In this document: positions 28,301-40,550 of the stretch, piece by piece | Position numbering within the stretch: the stretch's first letter is position 1 | Layout: each line of letters starts with the position of its first letter | Source: Antedon mediterranea | Lineage: Eukaryota; Animalia; Echinodermata | Assembly: GCF_964355755.1 (NCBI RefSeq) | Contig: NC_092675.1 | Location: 29,112,912-29,176,911 of the forward strand | DNA length: 64,000 bases | Direction of reading: 5' to 3' | Position numbers and translations under genes: made by a program | Notes under the pieces: generated by a model | The model's database searches: none | What the model was told of the DNA's origin: nothing | Seen by the model: the letters and a program-made list of their open reading frames with translations, nothing else

Positions 28301-31300
28301 ATTGTCCATTTTGTCTCTACAGTAATTGTCCATTTTGTCTCTACAGTAATTGTCCATTTTGTCTCTACAGTAATTGTCCATTTTGTCTCTACAGTAATTG
28401 TCCATTTTGTCTCTACAGTAATTTGTCCATTTTGTCTCTACAGTAATTGTCCATTTTGTCTCTACAGTAATTGTCCATTTTGTCTCTACAGTAATTGTCC
28501 ATTTTGTCTCTACAGTAATTGTCCATTTTGTCTCTACAGTAATTGTCCATTTTGTCTCTACAGTAATTGTCCATTTTGTCTCTACAGTAATTGTCCATTT
28601 TGTCTCTACAGTAATTGTCCATTTTGTCTCTACAGTAATTGTCCATTTTGTCTCTACAGTAATTGTCCATTTTGTCTCTACAGTAATTTGTCCATTTTGT
28701 CTCTACAGTAATTGTCCATTTTGTCTCTACAGTAATTGTCCATTTTGTCTCTACAGTAATTGTCCATTTTGTCTCTACAGTAATTGTCCATTTTGTCTCT
28801 ACAGTAATTGTCCATTTTGTCTCTACAGTAATTGTCCATTTTGTCTCTACAGTAATTGTCCATTTTGTCTCTACAGTAATTGTCCATTTTGTCTCTACAG
28901 TAATTGTCCATTTTTTTTTTTGCTTTTCTTTATGTTATATTTTACTTTAACTATGTTGTTTTACTTTTGTACGTCTGATTTTGTTTATATGATCCACCAG
29001 TGATATCAGTACTACAATACTGAAGGTGTCTTCACAATAAAGACAGAAATAAATAAATAATACTGTAGCCATTCACAGGGTGATCGCTAATGTAATAATA
29101 ATTTAGTCTGTTAAAAATAGATATTATTTAACAGGTACTTCATAATTTCATTTTAACTGTCAAAAAAGTGGAGAAAAGGCCTCTCATTTTACTCTTACAG
29201 GTTGTTAACATTATTCATACCTTCTTTTTTTCTAGGTCAAAACTTTGTTTACCATATTTAAAAAACAGCAAGAATCCCCACATTCTGAACATTAGTCCAC
29301 CTTTGAATATGAATCGAAAATGGTTCAAGAATCATGTTGGTAAGATAATTTAACTAGATAAATAAATACCAATAAAGATGTAAATTCCATTACCATTAAA
29401 CATCACCCTTTATCTCTTTGTCTGTACAACTATAAACAAACCCTCTACATTATTTAAAGATTAAGCCATCAAATTGTGTTGTATGTTGGAAAAGAATGCA
29501 GACAAGTTATGATATTGATAGATCAATAACCCTACGTTTGTTGTTTACGATGATGACGTAAATGGTAAACATATGTTTATGTTAATTTTCAGCATACACA
29601 ATGGCCAAATATGGTATGTCAATGTGCGTATTAGGAATGGCTGATGAATTACAAGATGACAACATTGCAGTGAATGCTTTGTGGCCAAGAACAGGTATTG
29701 CAAAAATTGCACTCACAAAATGATTTATAACTAGAAGGCGTGTTTGGCTGTAAGAACTGATCATCCTTTTCAGAAAACATGAAATAAAACTCAATTTTAC
29801 CAGGCACGGATTTAGGCAGGGTCTAAATAGGTCATGTCTTGATAATTTTTCTGCAACTTAACGGATTGTTTTTATAATTTATTAAAAATTCCCCCCCCCC
29901 CCCCCCAACCGATCTATAATGGTGGATCCGCCCATGTTTACAGTACATGGTCATATCTATAAGTAATAATATAATAATTTATAAGTAACTATTTCAGTAT
30001 GAATTATTTTTATTGGGACTGACAAAAAATATGAATAAGAAAATAAAAGCTATACAGCAAATATGTCTAATGCAATGCAATTGGTATTGCATTTTAATGG
30101 AAAGAGAAAAATGAATCAACATCCCTAAAATAAACAATAACAGTCAAGATGAGAGAAAAGAAAAAGACACCCACTCTTGATATATATATATGCCTTACTT
30201 TTCGATTAATGTTTCCATGGTAACATTGTATTTTATTTTAGCCATATGGACTGCTGCTATGGACATGTTGGGAGGTGGAACCGGTGAGACACGGAAGCAG
30301 TGTCGTAATGTTGATATAATGGCGGATGCCGCATACACAATCCTGACGAAGGACAGTAAATCATACACTGGCAACTTTGCCATTGATGATGAGGTGTTGC
30401 AATCTGTTGGTGTAACAGACATCGATAAATATGCTTGTGAACCAGGTGGGTCATTTAAATATATAGTAGGGGACACCTTCATGACCAAAGTGTCACTTTA
30501 AAGGGTCTTTCACACATGTTCTGGCACGGTTCCGGTCCGGCACCGGAAAATCCAATCAAATGTTTCGTTTTCACGTGCATATCCATTGCCGCATAGCTGC
30601 GTGGAGCATCGTGAAAACAAAACATTTAATTCGCCAGACCGGAACCGTGCCGGAACAGGTGTGATAGACTCTTAATAGGTGTTGGTCATACTGGTAAAAC
30701 ATATATTGTCTCTTATTTGTTTCATGAAAGAATAAAAGTATCCGCTTAAGGGTTAAGTATCCGCTTAAGGGTGTCCCAAAAGACAGGTTCTACTGTATTT
30801 GTTATTACATTATATAAATAAATAATGTATTATTTTTATATAAATACATTTGTATACCTGGAATGCTACGCTACACAATTGCACAAACAGTATGTGTTGT
30901 ATAATAGATGGAGGGATAGAGGGAGCTTTCAATTCGTGCGCATGTGGAGATGTTGGAACACGTGTCCTCGCTCCTCACCTCGACACATGTTTGATGGTTT
31001 GTAAGTTCAGGCAACGATTGACGACACTGACCTCTGACCTGACCTAGGTTGGTTGTCAGCGCAATTTGAAAGCTTCCTCTACTACCTCATAGCTAACCAA
31101 ATGATTGGTGCTATTAACTTAGGAAAATTGACACGTGTCATTTTGGTTCTGTTAACTGTCATATTGACTTTTGTCAGAATTAACTTAAACACACACATAT
31201 ATATATTTTTACATCTGTTAGATCTTTACATCAATATAACTATAATTTACATTTCAGTCAAAACACAATATAATACGCCATAGCATCAACATGTACAGTA

Positions 31301-32607
31301 TTGATTATCTTCAAATATATCTGCTGTTGATATTGGCATGGATATTATTTTTACAGTCAATAGAATAATCAGTATTCCTCCTACACATGCCTACCATTAA
31401 TTCTACCCACATCCTGTGATATACATTTATTGTCACTCACTGTCACTATAAATACACCGTAGTGAATATTTACTGGTTTTCATACACACAGTAAAATAAA
31501 TGCTATCATTTTCGAAAATATTTCCTGTAATGGAGTAAAAAATGTTTATTGTCAAATATGTATATAGCATAGCCGTAGCCACCAGTTGGTTGGTAAGGCC
31601 TAACACTAACCCTGTGTGACCCGCATACAGATTGTTCTATTTTCTTGAGACCACCTAACCAATTTATTTCTCGTGGCTACAGCACTGTATGAGGTTTTAT
31701 TTAAGCTCTGTCTACACTGTTGAACTAGTTTGACAAAAAAAAAGTGTGATGTGCCCAAATATGTTAGCGATATTCCTAAATATATGGACACATCACATTT
31801 TGTTTGATAGTGTTAACATGGGGCCTATAATTAATATATAATTTAAAGGCCCATGGTGTAAACAAAACTTAAGAAAAAATAATTTCATTAAAAAGTATAA
31901 GCATCTAATTCAAACTAGATTTGAAAACATGATCATTTCAAGTTGATCTTGATTAATTATATTATTTTATTATTATTCATTATTGTGTTTAACAGGCCAT
32001 ACTCTGCTTCCGGACTTTTTCCTTGAGGAAGCTGGATCACCTGAGGATATGAAGGACCAGCTGGAGAAGCACGGTTCCCAACCTGCATTTGGTGGCGGTA
32101 AAGCATCCAGTCCATCGGCAGCTGAAGCTATTAAGTTAATGGACACATTAAAAAGCATCATGTCTGAGGAACATGTTAAAAAGATGGGAGCTGCAATTCA
32201 GTTTGAATTAAAAGGTAATAAACAAATTAGGAAATTCACTTCCACAAATGCTTTTGTGCATAATTATCTTACGGTATTTACATCACATTTCCCGTTTGAT
32301 TAGAAAGAAAGTTGTTTAGTCTTGGAGCTAATAATTCTTTTTATTAATCGATTTTATTTTTACAGATATTGATGAAAGTAATTGGTACCTTGATATGCGG
32401 AGCGGCTCCGGCACGGTTGGGAAAGGTGAGCTTGAGGGCGGTGCTGATGTAAAAATGTCAATGAAAGTGGATGATTTTGTGAAGATGTTTAAAGGTTCCT
32501 TAAAACCAACTACAGCTTTCATGATGGGAAAATTAAAGATCAAAGGAGACATGGGCAAAGCTATGAAACTAGAAAAACTAATGGGGGATTTACAGTCTAA
32601 ATTATAG
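22347..32607 (+). CDS. HSDL2: Hydroxysteroid dehydrogenase-like protein 2 (SDR + SCP2 sterol-binding domain, C-terminal PTS1), 8 exons, ~420 aa
   Basis: Exons 22347-22360, 23989-24152, 27818-28031, 29236-29339, 29593-29694, 30242-30445, 31996-32214, 32366-32607 (1263 nt, GT-AG, in phase). Motifs: MLNTGKLAGRTLFITGASRGIGKAIALKAAKDGANIVIAAKTAQAHPKLPGTIYTAAEE, VVNNASAISLT, HILNISPPLNM, YTMAKYGMS (YxxxK), LKPTTAFMMGKLKIKGDMGKAMKLEKLM, ending SKL*. Confidence 0.95.
22993..23151. mobile_element. Tc1/mariner (Tigger-like) MITE remnant in HSDL2 intron 1
   Basis: CAGTCAACTCTCCCAATACCGGAC...GTCTGGTATTGGAGTTGAC inverted ends. Confidence 0.55.
25581..27002 (-). mobile_element. Non-autonomous Helentron-associated (HINE/DINE-1-like) rolling-circle element in HSDL2 intron 2
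   Basis: One end has the palindrome AGGTTATATGCATTAATGCATATAACCT (26972-26999) beside an (AAAT)n microsatellite. The other end has the matching subterminal repeat TAGGTTATATGCATT (25613-25627), hairpin AATTCGTCA-cta-TGACGAATT (25591-25611) and a terminal CTAG followed by TT on the minus strand. Confidence 0.75.
28216..28913. repeat. 24-bp minisatellite (TGTCTCTACAGTAATTGTCCATTT), ~29 near-identical copies, in HSDL2 intron 3
   Basis: Directly visible tandem array; two units carry a 1-nt T insertion (about 28421 and 28686). Confidence 0.97.
30502..30672. mobile_element. Harbinger-like MITE nested in a Tc1/mariner-type MITE remnant (about 30465-30795), HSDL2 intron 6
   Basis: About 40-bp TIRs AGGGTCTTTCACACATGTTCTGGCACGGTTCCGGT with a TAA duplication; the host element ends ...GTGTCCCAAAAGACAGGTTCTACTG-TA. 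Confidence 0.68.
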
Positions 32608-33501
32608 GCCAAAGGCAAAGCTATGAAAGAAACACTAATAGGGGAATTACAGTCTTAAATTATAAAAAGAAACATTGGTATGGGACATTGAGATTTTCTA
32701 TAGAGGGCGCTATACACAAATTTTATTCTACACATTAAAAACTTTATTAAATCAATGTATTGCATAAATAAATATCCTCAAACCAAATGAAGAATTAAGT
32801 TTTGCTAAAAAATTTGAACACAATTGTAGTGAGTTTTGTAGCCAGCTGTTTGTTTATCCCAAGTGACTCTACTACTAGTCTCTCATAACATAGCTTGTTT
32901 TATTGTTCATGGAAGTGTATTCAATACAATGCTTAAACAATATGGTATCTGCAAATATCATCTGGTGTTCCAGAAAATTTGTACAAACACAATACTACTA
33001 AAAACAAGAATAAATGATTATCCAAGAAACCAATTGTTTGTATTTATTTAAATTTAAAAATAGATTGGGAAAAAAATCTTTCCACAGCACATTGATAATC
33101 AGCAGACATTTCATAACATTTTACATGAGAGTATCAATGATGTAGTATCCTACTTTTTTCAAAACTTGAATACATAACTTACAATTTTAAATACTGTAGT
33201 ACAAAAATGTAAAATACAGTACAGCACTCGACAAAGTGCATTACATTTAGTGATTTAGGACAGTGCCAAATCTGTTAAACTTCACTTAAACAATTTAAAA
33301 ACAAGTACAATTGCCACCAAAACAATCAAATCTCATTTCACATCCCTCTGTCTGAAAAATGCTTGCTTGTTAAAATTTACAAGCAATGGTTAGCCTTCAT
33401 GTCATTAAAAACTCAGTTCGTCTATCTTGATTCTCTTTCGCTTATACCTCATATGTGCAGGGCCCGAACCTTGCAATACCCATTATGCAATGTCTGATTT
33501 G

Positions 33502-35279
33502 TTAGCTTATCAGTCGATCAATCTCTCTCCGCATATTTCTCCTCGCTTGCACTTCATATTTGTCTCGAAAAACTTGAGTTGCATATATATTTGGAAGTTT
33601 CAGAAAACCCTGTAAAAGCTGTGAAATGTTAAATAACATGAATGTTAGATTAACTTGAATGATTGCATTTCAACAAATGACACTAAAATGATCTTAGTAT
33701 AAACCAAAAGACATCTCTAAAGCTCTGTCTACACTATCAAACTTTATGTGAAAAAAAAAATGTGATGTGTCCATATATGAGCATGACGATGTTGTATTAC
33801 TATCATATTTGGGTACATAACACTTTTTTTTCAAACTAGTTTGATAGTGTAGACAGAGCTTAAGAGATGCATTAAAAAAGTAAATAAAAAAATAATTCCT
33901 TTTATGTAGTACATTATATAGTAAACCTTTCCAAAAGCACCCAAAACCAGACTTTCCTTGAGGTCCAAAAGAAAACTATACCAGCCCAAAGGTGTCCAGT
34001 ATTGGTAGAGATTGTGATTACCTTTGTCCGCCTTTCCTTATAAGTATCCACAGCAACATGTATATATTCAGATCTGATCTGATCTGAATATTCATCATAC
34101 TCATCGTCTGCCAATCCCAAGACATGCATGTCGGCATCAAGAAAATAGTACTTGTCCTCATTTGCATACCTGGGTACAAATACATACATTTTTAAATTAC
34201 ATTCTTTTAATATTTTGAAAGCTTTCAATTTCATTGAGTATGAAGCTGTGAGGTAAATATTATTATAGTTTAAATTAATATTGAAATGTATCTGTTGAGC
34301 CTTGTCTACACTATCAAACTTTATGTGCCCATATATGGACATCATGATGTCATTTCACTACCATATTTAAACATATCACTACCATATTTGGGCATATTAT
34401 GGGGTTATTTAGCAGGACAATATGCATCACCGGTATTTTTGTACCTACATGTTAGGTGTCAGGTGGACATGCGTTATATGGCTTCTTGTCATCAAGATCC
34501 AATTAAACACATCGGTGATGTCACATGATGGAGCTTCAGGTAAACATTCTGCGGCAAAAGCTTCAAACATCTTGGCGCTTTCTTCCTCATTCTTGGATGA
34601 TTTGGGATCGTAAATTATGCTGTGTGAATAAAAATCTAATTTTTATTTCTACTTTTCTACTAGGCCTACATTCAATTAATACATATTTTTAGTTATTATT
34701 CATTATAATTTGTAGTGTGTGATCATTAGAAATCATTGCATAAAATATATTAATATATTATTATTAATTTTAAATTTATTTTGTTTGTGAAAACTTTTAA
34801 GCACAAGAGCGCCATCTATCTATTTCGCTCTTCTTCTTGTGCGCATGCTGTTGGTTTTTTACCAAAAAATGCAAGAGCGCCATCTATTTATTTCGCTCAC
34901 TACTATACATTATACACGGCGGACTCACTTGCTGTTCGAACATGATATCTTATTATTATTATATGGAAAACGAATAAAAAACTGCCAAAGGAAACTTAAC
35001 AATTCTGAAAAACAACAGATATTGCTTTAAAACCTACTCATGAAAAAATACACTCCAATAAACCAAGTCTGGTCTCTTGAGCTCCGACAAAACCCTGCTT
35101 ATTTCTTCGTTCAATTTGCCAATGTGATGCAACGTGTGGTAATAGCGACCATCTTCTGAATACCGTGCTTCAAGAAGTGACCACCATCGCTCGCTCAGAG
35201 TACTTTCGACAGAACATTCCGAACATAAATCTTCCCACTTACTTCTGATGACGTTTAAATCAAATTTGTAAGTATCCAT
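33502..35279 (-). CDS. Uncharacterised HD-superfamily metal-dependent phosphohydrolase-like protein (COG4339-type), 4 exons, 225 aa
   Basis: Exons 35279-35038, 34619-34449, 34169-34022, 33618-33502 (678 nt, in phase). Motifs: [77 protein letters not shown]. The HD codon pair spans intron 1. Confidence 0.85.
33721..33860. mobile_element. PIF/Harbinger-like MITE family A (TIR AGCTCTGTCTACACTATCAAAC), in intron 3 of the HD gene
   Basis: Matching TIRs with a TAA duplication on both sides. Other copies at about 7923-8087, 31704-31815, 34298-34400 (partial) and 37909-38071. Confidence 0.8.
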
Positions 35280-37908
35280 TACCAGATAAACATCTAATTT
35301 TAGAGTTAAGACAATGTTTAATAACTGTAACTGTATTTTTATACACCGTCGTACAAACCTCTGAATGTTTTCTTCAATTACGCCCTCTATCGGTATGCTT
35401 AAAAGCAGTAAAATCGAATGGGGTTTTCCCCACACACGAGGCTTTATGTATTTTTCCGATACTAGATTCAAGACATACAATCTAATAAATTAATTAATTG
35501 ATAAAGACCACATTTTATTTAAAGATATATTTCTTCCAAAAACATGAAAAATGCCATATTTAATTTTTAAAAATACTTTGAATAGGCCATTTCGCAGTTT
35601 TTCAATACCGTAGAAAAAAAACTAACAAAAATTATATTATTATATTATAAAAAGACAAAATAAGCGGTTAAATTCAACCGAAAACCTATTTACTATTTTT
35701 CGCTCTAAATTACAGTTTTGATCCAATTTTTGGGTCTAAACGTGAATAACTATTACATAAAATTAATGGCACATTAAAAAACAAAGTGGGCAATATAAAC
35801 AACTTTGAATCCAGAATAAGACAAAACACATAGTGCAAAGACAATAGACATGCGCTAACAATAGGTAGTATAGTAGTATAAATTACTTTAATGACTGCGA
35901 GTCGCGCTTTCTGGCGGTTTATTATCATAATAATATCGAACATTTATAAAGCGTTTTGTGTACATTCCGTCATAAGACCAGTAAGCAGCATAATCAATAT
36001 TAGTTACATAACTGTATACAACTTGCACAAGGTTACATAACATGTCAAAGGGACTCACTGTTTCTATTTAAAAATCGTGAAAGAACGGTTTCTTAATTGA
36101 ACCGGTTTAATACAAAAAATTGCGTTTATTTGCTCCGCGAAACCTGTTTTAAAAACCAGTATGATGATCGATATCGGAATTCAATTTAAAACCGAATTAA
36201 AAATCAATTCGATAAAATAAATTTCACTTTAAATGGGAAGAATAATTAATTCCAAACATGTTTAGATAATGCGTTAGACTTGCCCCAGGTCTGTATTTTT
36301 TTAAATTTCGATTTTTGTCAACCACAAGTAGTATACGTATGAAACGCCATATGTGCCAAAATATTTATCTTTTTACTAATAATTAAGTCAAAACTCCGTC
36401 TGGAACCCAGACTAGTAATGTATGTAGTAGAGATGGTATATCTATTATGCATAACATGCTGGACGGTCCCTAGGCCTACATAGTAAAAGATCATTTTATT
36501 TAAGATGAAGCGATAATTAAAATTGAACGCGGCATTGTTTTTCACCTGATTAGTAATATTTAAAAGGGAAATTATTTGATTATAAAAAAAACCATTACCA
36601 TCTGGACAAGCTTATATAAAATACCAAATAAGGAAATTCCATCCTAAATTGTCAACTGATCCATAATTCCATAGATTTACTTTAAGTTGATCACAATGTA
36701 TATCCCAAACGTTAAAGGTGAAGGCCGACTTTCCACTAGGCGAATTTGTTTGCGCGAATCATCGAAAGCGTCATCTTATACGCATCATGTGAGAGGGATT
36801 TGAAGGATGGAGACGTGAATACGCATGCGAGGCCTATAAGTTGATGCAAGCGCCGCAAGTAGGCCTAATTTGACCAATCACGACGCGATAGATCATCTGA
36901 ACTGTTGCACGCATGCGTTTATTTTTCTCCATGGTTGATTGAATGCAACCGTTTTGTAATTTTTATTAGCGAAATAATTTGTTAGTTAGGCAAAGGTGAA
37001 TAAGTTGAGTAAAACTAAAAAATAAATTGTATTCATTTTGTTTGTGCAAATGTTGATAGTGTCTCTCTGCTACAGAAATATTGTTAATTTTTTTAGTATG
37101 ATGTTCTGGATACTATACTTTTATCTTCTTATTCCATTATATTGATTTTTAACCTTTTATTTCTTTTTATGTACGCCTATTTATTTACTATAATTCCTAT
37201 TTACGATAGTGTATTTTAAAATCAAATACATGACAGTAATTGATATGTTTTTACAACAATATATTTAAAGGTCAGGCTGATGCTATCTAATTGAAGCAGG
37301 TTGATACAAAGAGAGTGATGATAAATATTGTTATTATAATTTATTGTTATAATAACAATGTTGATCGATTCCAGGGAACTACGGATATGAAAGAAAAATG
37401 CGCGATTTCTAATGGTTATTCGACTTTGTTGTTTTATTAAAAAAACAACGAATTATCACATGAAATAGATTCTTTTCGAAAAAAAAAGTCACATCCGACT
37501 GTTGATGGATCATTGTACATCATGATATGTCTAGTCTGTCATTAAACGGCGCATCTCAACATGTACTTGCTACTGCGCCTGCAGCGCGTTGACAATTTTA
37601 TCCAATTAGAATGCTCTATCTAAAAAGCATGGCAGCTCCTTGAATTTCTTGAAGCATAATAACGGAAGCAGTGATGTAAGCGGTGTCTAGGTAAAGCCAG
37701 GGCTTTGAACCTGTTCTTGCTTGGACTTATAACCCCAAAACAACATGTAGCGTGAAGGTTCACTCAGGGATTGTCTTCAAAATGTATTCTAGAGACGACG
37801 AATGAGATTGATAAAAGGTTGATTACGTTGTTGTCAGTGTACTGATGGTGTTTTTGAAAATCAATCTAATTAATGCAGCACACACAGTTATTATGATATA
37901 TTGTGTAA

Positions 37909-38071
37909 AGCTCTGCCTACACTATCAAACTTTATATATGACACATAAATATGATGTGCCCATATATGGACATGATGATGTCACATCACTACCATATTTG
38001 AGCATATCACTACCATATTTGGGCACATCACACTTTTTTGGTCAAACTTGTTTGATAGTGTAGACAGAGCT
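37909..38071. mobile_element. MITE family A copy
   Basis: AGCTCTGCCTACACTATCAAAC...GTTTGATAGTGTAGACAGAGCT. Confidence 0.78.
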
Positions 38072-39524
38072 TTACTTTCGTATTGGTTTTAAATGAACTC
38101 GAATCGCGAAGAGTGTGTTTTGTAACATTATACTTGATGCATATTAATGTGATCATCAAGTAAGTTATTTCAAATTTTGAATACAATTATTTTAATTAAT
38201 TTGATTTCTAAGATCATGTTGGCATGAAATTTGCAATTAAAAGTCGAACGAAGAAAAAAGAAATTTCAAATATTATTACCAGAGAAAACTTTATTCATTA
38301 TTCACAAAGACATATTCCATTTTTCAATTTCTTTTATTTCGGAAAAATGTCATCCATATCAACAAATCACCAACTATTAAACATTTATGCAAATATATAT
38401 TTAAAGTGTTACTTTATCAAACAATTAACATTAATGTCAAATTACAATTTTGATTAATTCTGAAATAATCGTTGCTTTATCGGTTGGCATTAACAAACAA
38501 TTATTAGATTATTTTACTATTAATTTAAATGTTACAAAACCAGTGTAATTACTAATGTAATCCAATCGTAGCAGCATATACACGGAAGGTTGGTTATTCG
38601 TTCCCACCCATGTCGCAACGACAAACGCCGTAAGCGCAAGGCAAGTGAGTTGACCAATCACAAGCGACAGTTCGGATGGTCCGGCGTTGTTATTGGTTGC
38701 GTGTCGTGCACTTCGTCCTTGCGCGTGTGACGTGTCGAAATGGGAACCAAGCTTTGTGTAAGCTGCATGTTTAGTGTGGTATTTATTGAATATTATTATT
38801 AATATCATATTTTAGTGCGAATCTTAATTAACATACGCCCTCTAGAAATGTTTATCACGCAGTTGCATCATTATTACAATACAGTGATTATTATATCACC
38901 AGAAAAGATTTAAACAACCACACCGCCGTCCAGTTAATTTGAGTCATAATCCGTTTACACGAGCACTCTGCATGTACCATGCCATCGTGTCACAAACAGA
39001 CTTTCGAGTAGGCCTACGGAAAAATAAAAACGTAGAAAAGCACAAAAAAAGACGAGAGCTAAAATGAATTGTCTTTAAACAAAACTCACCGAAATTAATT
39101 TGTATGCTTTAAAAAAAATGATTACTCGATTACGTCTGTGGTTTGATTGGATGTGCGTCTGCTAAAACGCGCTTGTTGTCACATGGTATCTGTTAGTAAT
39201 TGTCTGTCCCAAATGAATGGTTCATCCATTCCCAGTTGTCATCCCTTATAATGTCTTACAAAACATTGCGTGATGATAACATAATTTAATCATAAAAACT
39301 CAAGAACCATGGTCATGTGTTCATGTTGTGTGTGAGAGGTACCACGGTGTAGTGTTCATACAACAAACCTCAATATGAGGTACCGCGGTGTAGGGTAATG
39401 CAACCCACCTCAGTGGGGTACCACGGTTTGTGTTACAATGAGTTTCCCTTCACCACTATCCCTAGCGTTCAAGAGAAAAATAATTCGTCTGAAGCCGGTT
39501 AAATATCCATGATTTTAGATCGAT

Positions 39525-39556
39525 CATAGAGGTATAAAAAAGATTATACCTCCATG
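39525..39556. mobile_element. 32-bp CAT...ATG hairpin with 7-bp TSD (same family as 15081-15114)
   Basis: GATCGAT [CATAGAGGTATAAAAAAGATTATACCTCCATG] GATCGAT. Confidence 0.62.
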
Positions 39557-40169
39557 GATCGATATAGTTTGTCTTCATAAACCTTCATTAGTCGACCGTA
39601 CAAGCAAATACGTACGACACCACCCAGCCTAACTTCAGGATATGAACCCGGAGCCCAGTGGTTGAGGGAGTGAACGTTCATATTTTAGGCGGAATATTAG
39701 CAGGCCTAGTACATTTATTATTCCCCTTGATACAAAATCCGTATGGATTCGCGACTGGAGTGACCCATGGAGTCATATTCTATATTTTATTTACTTTATA
39801 TGCAGAGACAGATCGATTGGTTTCATTAGTATTTTTATCGTAAGTGTGTTGTGTAGCTTTTGGCTGTGAAGTTATGTAAATACAACCAGACAATGTAAAC
39901 AACCTACATGTTCAATAACGTAATCTGATAAAAAGAATAATGATGATATCTTCACGTTAAAAAACCCACCTGACCCTAGTTTTGTTATTGATATGCCATA
40001 AACTATAATTATACGAATAAAGATGTGTTTTATTGCTTGGAGAACGTGATACAACTTGTGTTGGACCACACTTGTATCATACAGACGTGCGTTTAATATA
40101 ACAATATTACATCATTAATAATAATAGCCGAATTTCGTTGGACAAAACATAAGAATTTATTTATAATAA

Positions 40170-40550
40170 AAATAAGGATTAGGTTGAAATTTACTAGAAT
40201 AAATATTAAGTTGGAATCGACTGAAATAAGGATTAGATTGAAATCTAAAATAAGGATTAGGTTGAAATCGACTGAAATAAAGATTAGGTTGAAATTTACT
40301 AGAATAAGGATAAGGTTGAAATCGACTGAAATAAGGATTAGGTTGAAATTTACTAGAATAAGGATTAGTTAAAATCGACTGAAATAAGGATTAGGTTGAA
40401 ATCGACTAAAATAAGGATTAGGTTGAAATCGATTGGAATATGGATTAGGTTTAAATCGAATATAAAAATGATTAGGTTGAAATCAACTAGAATTTTGAGA
40501 ATGATTAGGTTTAAATCGGCTATAAGAATTGGATGGAAATTACTAGAACA
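40170..40550. repeat. Degenerate ~27-bp minisatellite (ATAAGGATTAGGTTGAAATCGACTGAA variants)
   Basis: About 13-14 visible units, decaying toward the right end. Confidence 0.85.

Noticed and set aside
28118-28911. Repetitive ORFs (MDNYCRDK)n, (STVIVHFV)n, (YSNCPFCL)n, and a CRISPR-like appearance
   Set aside because: These are translations of a 24-bp intronic minisatellite. There are no unique spacers, 1-nt insertions shift the frames, and HSDL2 splices cleanly across the array.
35280-35480. N-terminal extension of ORF 35034-35480
   Set aside because: It begins at a non-ATG codon and looks like promoter/5' UTR; family-like sequence starts after ATG 35279.
39595-39680. tRNA-like B-box on the minus strand
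   Set aside because: No complete cloverleaf; probably a decayed SINE head rather than a tRNA gene.
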